Shown one piece after another: positions 61,817 to 64,000 of a stretch of DNA of 64,000 nucleotides (position 1 is its first letter; each line of letters begins with the position of its first letter). The position numbers and the translations under genes are program-made. Source of the DNA: Candidatus Kaiserbacteria bacterium (GTDB taxonomy: Bacteria > Patescibacteriota > Minisyncoccia > Phycocordibacterales > UBA2100); NCBI GenBank assembly GCA_003164215.1, contig PLSR01000003.1, positions 28,892-92,891 of the forward strand. Reading direction: 5' to 3'. The notes under the pieces are model-generated. The model searched no databases. It had not been told where the DNA came from and was given only the letters and a program-made list of their open reading frames with translations.

Positions 61817-62383
61817 ATGAACAAAAATATCGTTATCGGCGGTATTATCGTCGTTATTATCATTCTGATCGGTTTCTGGTATGTCGCATCTATGACCCCT
61901 ACCACACCGGCTGTGGGCACATCTACTACTGCGACAACAACGGCAACGTCTACCGCGACGACCGTGCCGGCTACTACGGCACCAGCGACGGTCGCGACCA
62001 AGAGCGCATTCAAAAGTATCTTTACGCAGTCCGGAAATCACGAGTGCACCTATCAGCAAGTCGGAGCGTCCACGCAAACGACGAGCGTCATTTACATCTC
62101 CGACGGAAAGATGCGCGGCGAATTCCGCACTACGGGTACCGTCACTTCATCGAATCTCATGATCTACAACGGCGGTTATCTCTATAGTTGGGTCGAGGGC
62201 ACAACAGTCGGAAAGAAGACGAGCATCAATTCCCTTGCGGATCTGCCGGCGGTCATTCCGCAAGATCTCACGAGCGGAGCGATATACGGCACGGCGAGCG
62301 ACAGCGTGGGCTGGGACTGCCAAGATTGGTTGACGGACAACAGTATTTTCGTCATCCCGACGTACGTGAAGTTTACGACGTAG
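61817..62383 (+). CDS. hypothetical membrane-anchored secreted protein with Thr/Ala-rich linker
   Basis: 188 aa; N-terminal TM (IVIGGIIVVIIILIGFWYV), TTATTTATSTATT linker, ~120-aa domain with two Cys. Confidence 0.45.
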   Translation: MNKNIVIGGIIVVIIILIGFWYVASMTPTTPAVGTSTTATTTATSTATTVPATTAPATVATKSAFKSIFTQSGNHECTYQQVGASTQTTSVIYISDGKMRGEFRTTGTVTSSNLMIYNGGYLYSWVEGTTVGKKTSINSLADLPAVIPQDLTSGAIYGTASDSVGWDCQDWLTDNSIFVIPTYVKFTT

Positions 62384-62437
62384 GAATTCATTTCCTGCAC
62401 AGCAAGATCGCCGCACTTCGCGGCGATCTTGTTTTAA

Positions 62438-63166
62438 TTATGAACTTTCGTTGATCCTAAAACGCATCAAATGCGTTAGTGCTTTATCTTTCACGCTGGC
62501 ATATTTCGGCGCTCGCTTCATTTGTGTTTCAGTTGGCATCATCGCCTTTTCTTCGATCAATTCGAGACCGGCCGCCTTTGCCGCCGCAGCATAGATCGCC
62601 AGTCGACGAACAATATCGGCAAGCGTACCGGATTCTCTCGTGACCGCTATCGCATATTGATCCTGGTCGATATCTTGTATCTCGATCCCGTATCCGTGCC
62701 GTGATGTCTTGAAATACTCGTAATCAGGAACGACTATGAGAACCTCTCCACCATCGGTGAGCATTGATCGTATCTTCTTGAAAGCCGCATCAAGGTCGGC
62801 GATATGCGGGAACGACATCACCGCAACGATCTCATCGAAAAGTTGGCCCGCATTATCGAATGCTTCGAGCGAACTCTTTACGAGTTCGACACCTGGATGA
62901 TCCTGCTGTCCTTGCGCAATATTTTTCTCCGACGGCTCGACCCCGATCGCGACCGCCGCGCCCTTTTCCAGCGCATGACTGACGAGCCACCCGGTCCCGG
63001 CTCCAATGTCAAGGACGGCCTTGTCCTTCCACAGTTCCGCATACGGTTCGAGATATTCCCAGAAAAAACCCGTGCGCGTGGATTCGGAACGACCTTCCTT
63101 GGCCCACTGGAGATCGCCAAGATCATACTGATCTTCTTTTGTTGCGCGCTGAAGCGGGGTCGTCAT
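62438..63166 (-). CDS. class I SAM-dependent methyltransferase
   Basis: 242 aa; motif I VLDIGAGTGW, motif post-I GVEPSE. Confidence 0.7.
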   Translation of the reverse strand: MTTPLQRATKEDQYDLGDLQWAKEGRSESTRTGFFWEYLEPYAELWKDKAVLDIGAGTGWLVSHALEKGAAVAIGVEPSEKNIAQGQQDHPGVELVKSSLEAFDNAGQLFDEIVAVMSFPHIADLDAAFKKIRSMLTDGGEVLIVVPDYEYFKTSRHGYGIEIQDIDQDQYAIAVTRESGTLADIVRRLAIYAAAAKAAGLELIEEKAMMPTETQMKRAPKYASVKDKALTHLMRFRINESS

Positions 63167-63190
63167 AATTGATATTCAATAAAAAAGCGA

Positions 63191-63697
63191 CTATTCTCGT
63201 TCTCTTTCGAAGATCTGATGCTCTTTATCTTCTTGTACGTTATCCCAAGGAAAAAGGTCACCGTTCATCGCAACGTATACGCCAGAATCAACCCGCAGAA
63301 GAGCTCCGATCGCAAACCCGACATTAAATGAGGCATCAGAATTCGGTTGACTGAACTGCACCATGGAGCCGACCAATATGATCGCCTTATTATGTTGTAT
63401 CTTCGGACCAAGATATTTCGAAGTTTCCGCCATCGTCGCAGTGCCGTGCGTAATGATGATCCGATCTTCTTGGCAAGAATTGCAGCGTTCGAGCATTAAC
63501 CCTCGATCAGCTTCGGTAATATCGAGTGAGTCCTTCTGCATTAATTCCTCCACGTTGATAGGTATTTGAACTCTCGCCTGATTTAAAATGTCCGGCATAT
63601 ACGAGCCGCGGGTAAAAACAGACTTCTTGATAAGGGAATCATAGAGCTCCGAATCAATGGTTCCGCCGGTCGTTATGATCCGTATTGAATCGCTCAT
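63191..63697 (-). CDS. asparaginase/glutaminase N-domain-like protein
   Basis: start set to MSDSIRIITTGGTIDS (the asparaginase TGGTI threonine motif); only ~168 aa, so a single domain. Confidence 0.5.
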   Translation of the reverse strand: MSDSIRIITTGGTIDSELYDSLIKKSVFTRGSYMPDILNQARVQIPINVEELMQKDSLDITEADRGLMLERCNSCQEDRIIITHGTATMAETSKYLGPKIQHNKAIILVGSMVQFSQPNSDASFNVGFAIGALLRVDSGVYVAMNGDLFPWDNVQEDKEHQIFERERE

Positions 63698-63704
63698 ATG
63701 GAAA

Positions 63705-64000
63705 TTATAGCAAGTCTTCCCGCTCGCGTACCTCCTGCTCATTCATCCCGAAATGGTGTGCGAATTCATGCCAGATGGTTTCGGCGACGACTTGTTCAAT
63801 AGGCATACTGTCTTCTTCGGCCGCCTCCTCGATCGGCAATTGATACAGGGTGATGGTATCGGGCATGACCATACCGATACCATATGATTCCCCGCGTTCT
63901 GACAGCGGTATTCCTTTGTATAAGCCGAGGAGCGTCTCATCCGCATCCAATCCCTGTGCTTTGCGCTCCTCCGCACTCGGCTCATCCTCTATTAATAGCG
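63705..64000 (-). CDS. zincin-like metallopeptidase family protein, 5'-truncated by window edge
   Basis: HEFAHHFG (HExxH) motif; the reading frame stays open to position 64000, so the N-terminus lies outside the window. Confidence 0.45.
   Translation of the reverse strand, partial: LLIEDEPSAEERKAQGLDADETLLGLYKGIPLSERGESYGIGMVMPDTITLYQLPIEEAAEEDSMPIEQVVAETIWHEFAHHFGMNEQEVREREDLL

Overview
This 64 kb window is a compact bacterial chromosome segment with about 93% coding density, and most genes lie on the minus strand. The gene content suggests a small-genome Patescibacteria/CPR-like organism; this assignment is an inference from short forms of AlaRS and UvrC, a DUF5667-like protein, a sigma-region-4/HARE-HTH protein and many secreted hypothetical proteins. 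Housekeeping genes are: trpS; grpE-dnaK-dnaJ behind a near-consensus sigma70 promoter; the ribosomal alpha-operon block rplQ-rpoA-rpsD-rpsK-rpsM-rpmJ-infA together with rplM-rpsI; alaS; two M16 peptidases; mnmA; mltG; dnaB-recR; rplU; rmuC; ddl; uvrC, uvrA, murB and uvrB; tgt; tyrS; cfa; and a single tRNA-Ala(UGC). A complete cyoABCDE bo3-type quinol oxidase operon (with the CyoE heme-O synthase) sits next to an ECF sigma factor, an RRM protein and a DUF5667-like module. The accessory content I judge most worth a second look is listed below. (1) A tightly packed seven-gene operon immediately downstream of dnaJ encodes an orphan multi-TM histidine kinase, a Rossmann-like protein, a nitroreductase/SagB-like protein, a ThiF/E1-like adenylyltransferase, a PaaK/CapK-like adenylate-forming enzyme, a HisC-like aminotransferase and a membrane protein. 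It looks like a TOMM-type module without a YcaO and may be an undescribed small-molecule or peptide modification system. (2) A DNA repair/defence islet encodes UDG, a minimal MGMT, a Cas4-like PD-(D/E)XK nuclease and an ATP-cone-Mrr fusion. (3) A decayed REP/RAYT locus carries three REP-like hairpins around an N-terminal IS200-like transposase fragment. (4) A second palindromic repeat family has one intergenic copy and one copy inserted in-frame in uvrB. (5) A 125-bp element with perfect 27-bp inverted termini lies between mltG and mnmA. There are also several small or secreted proteins of unknown function. No rRNA genes or CRISPR arrays were seen.
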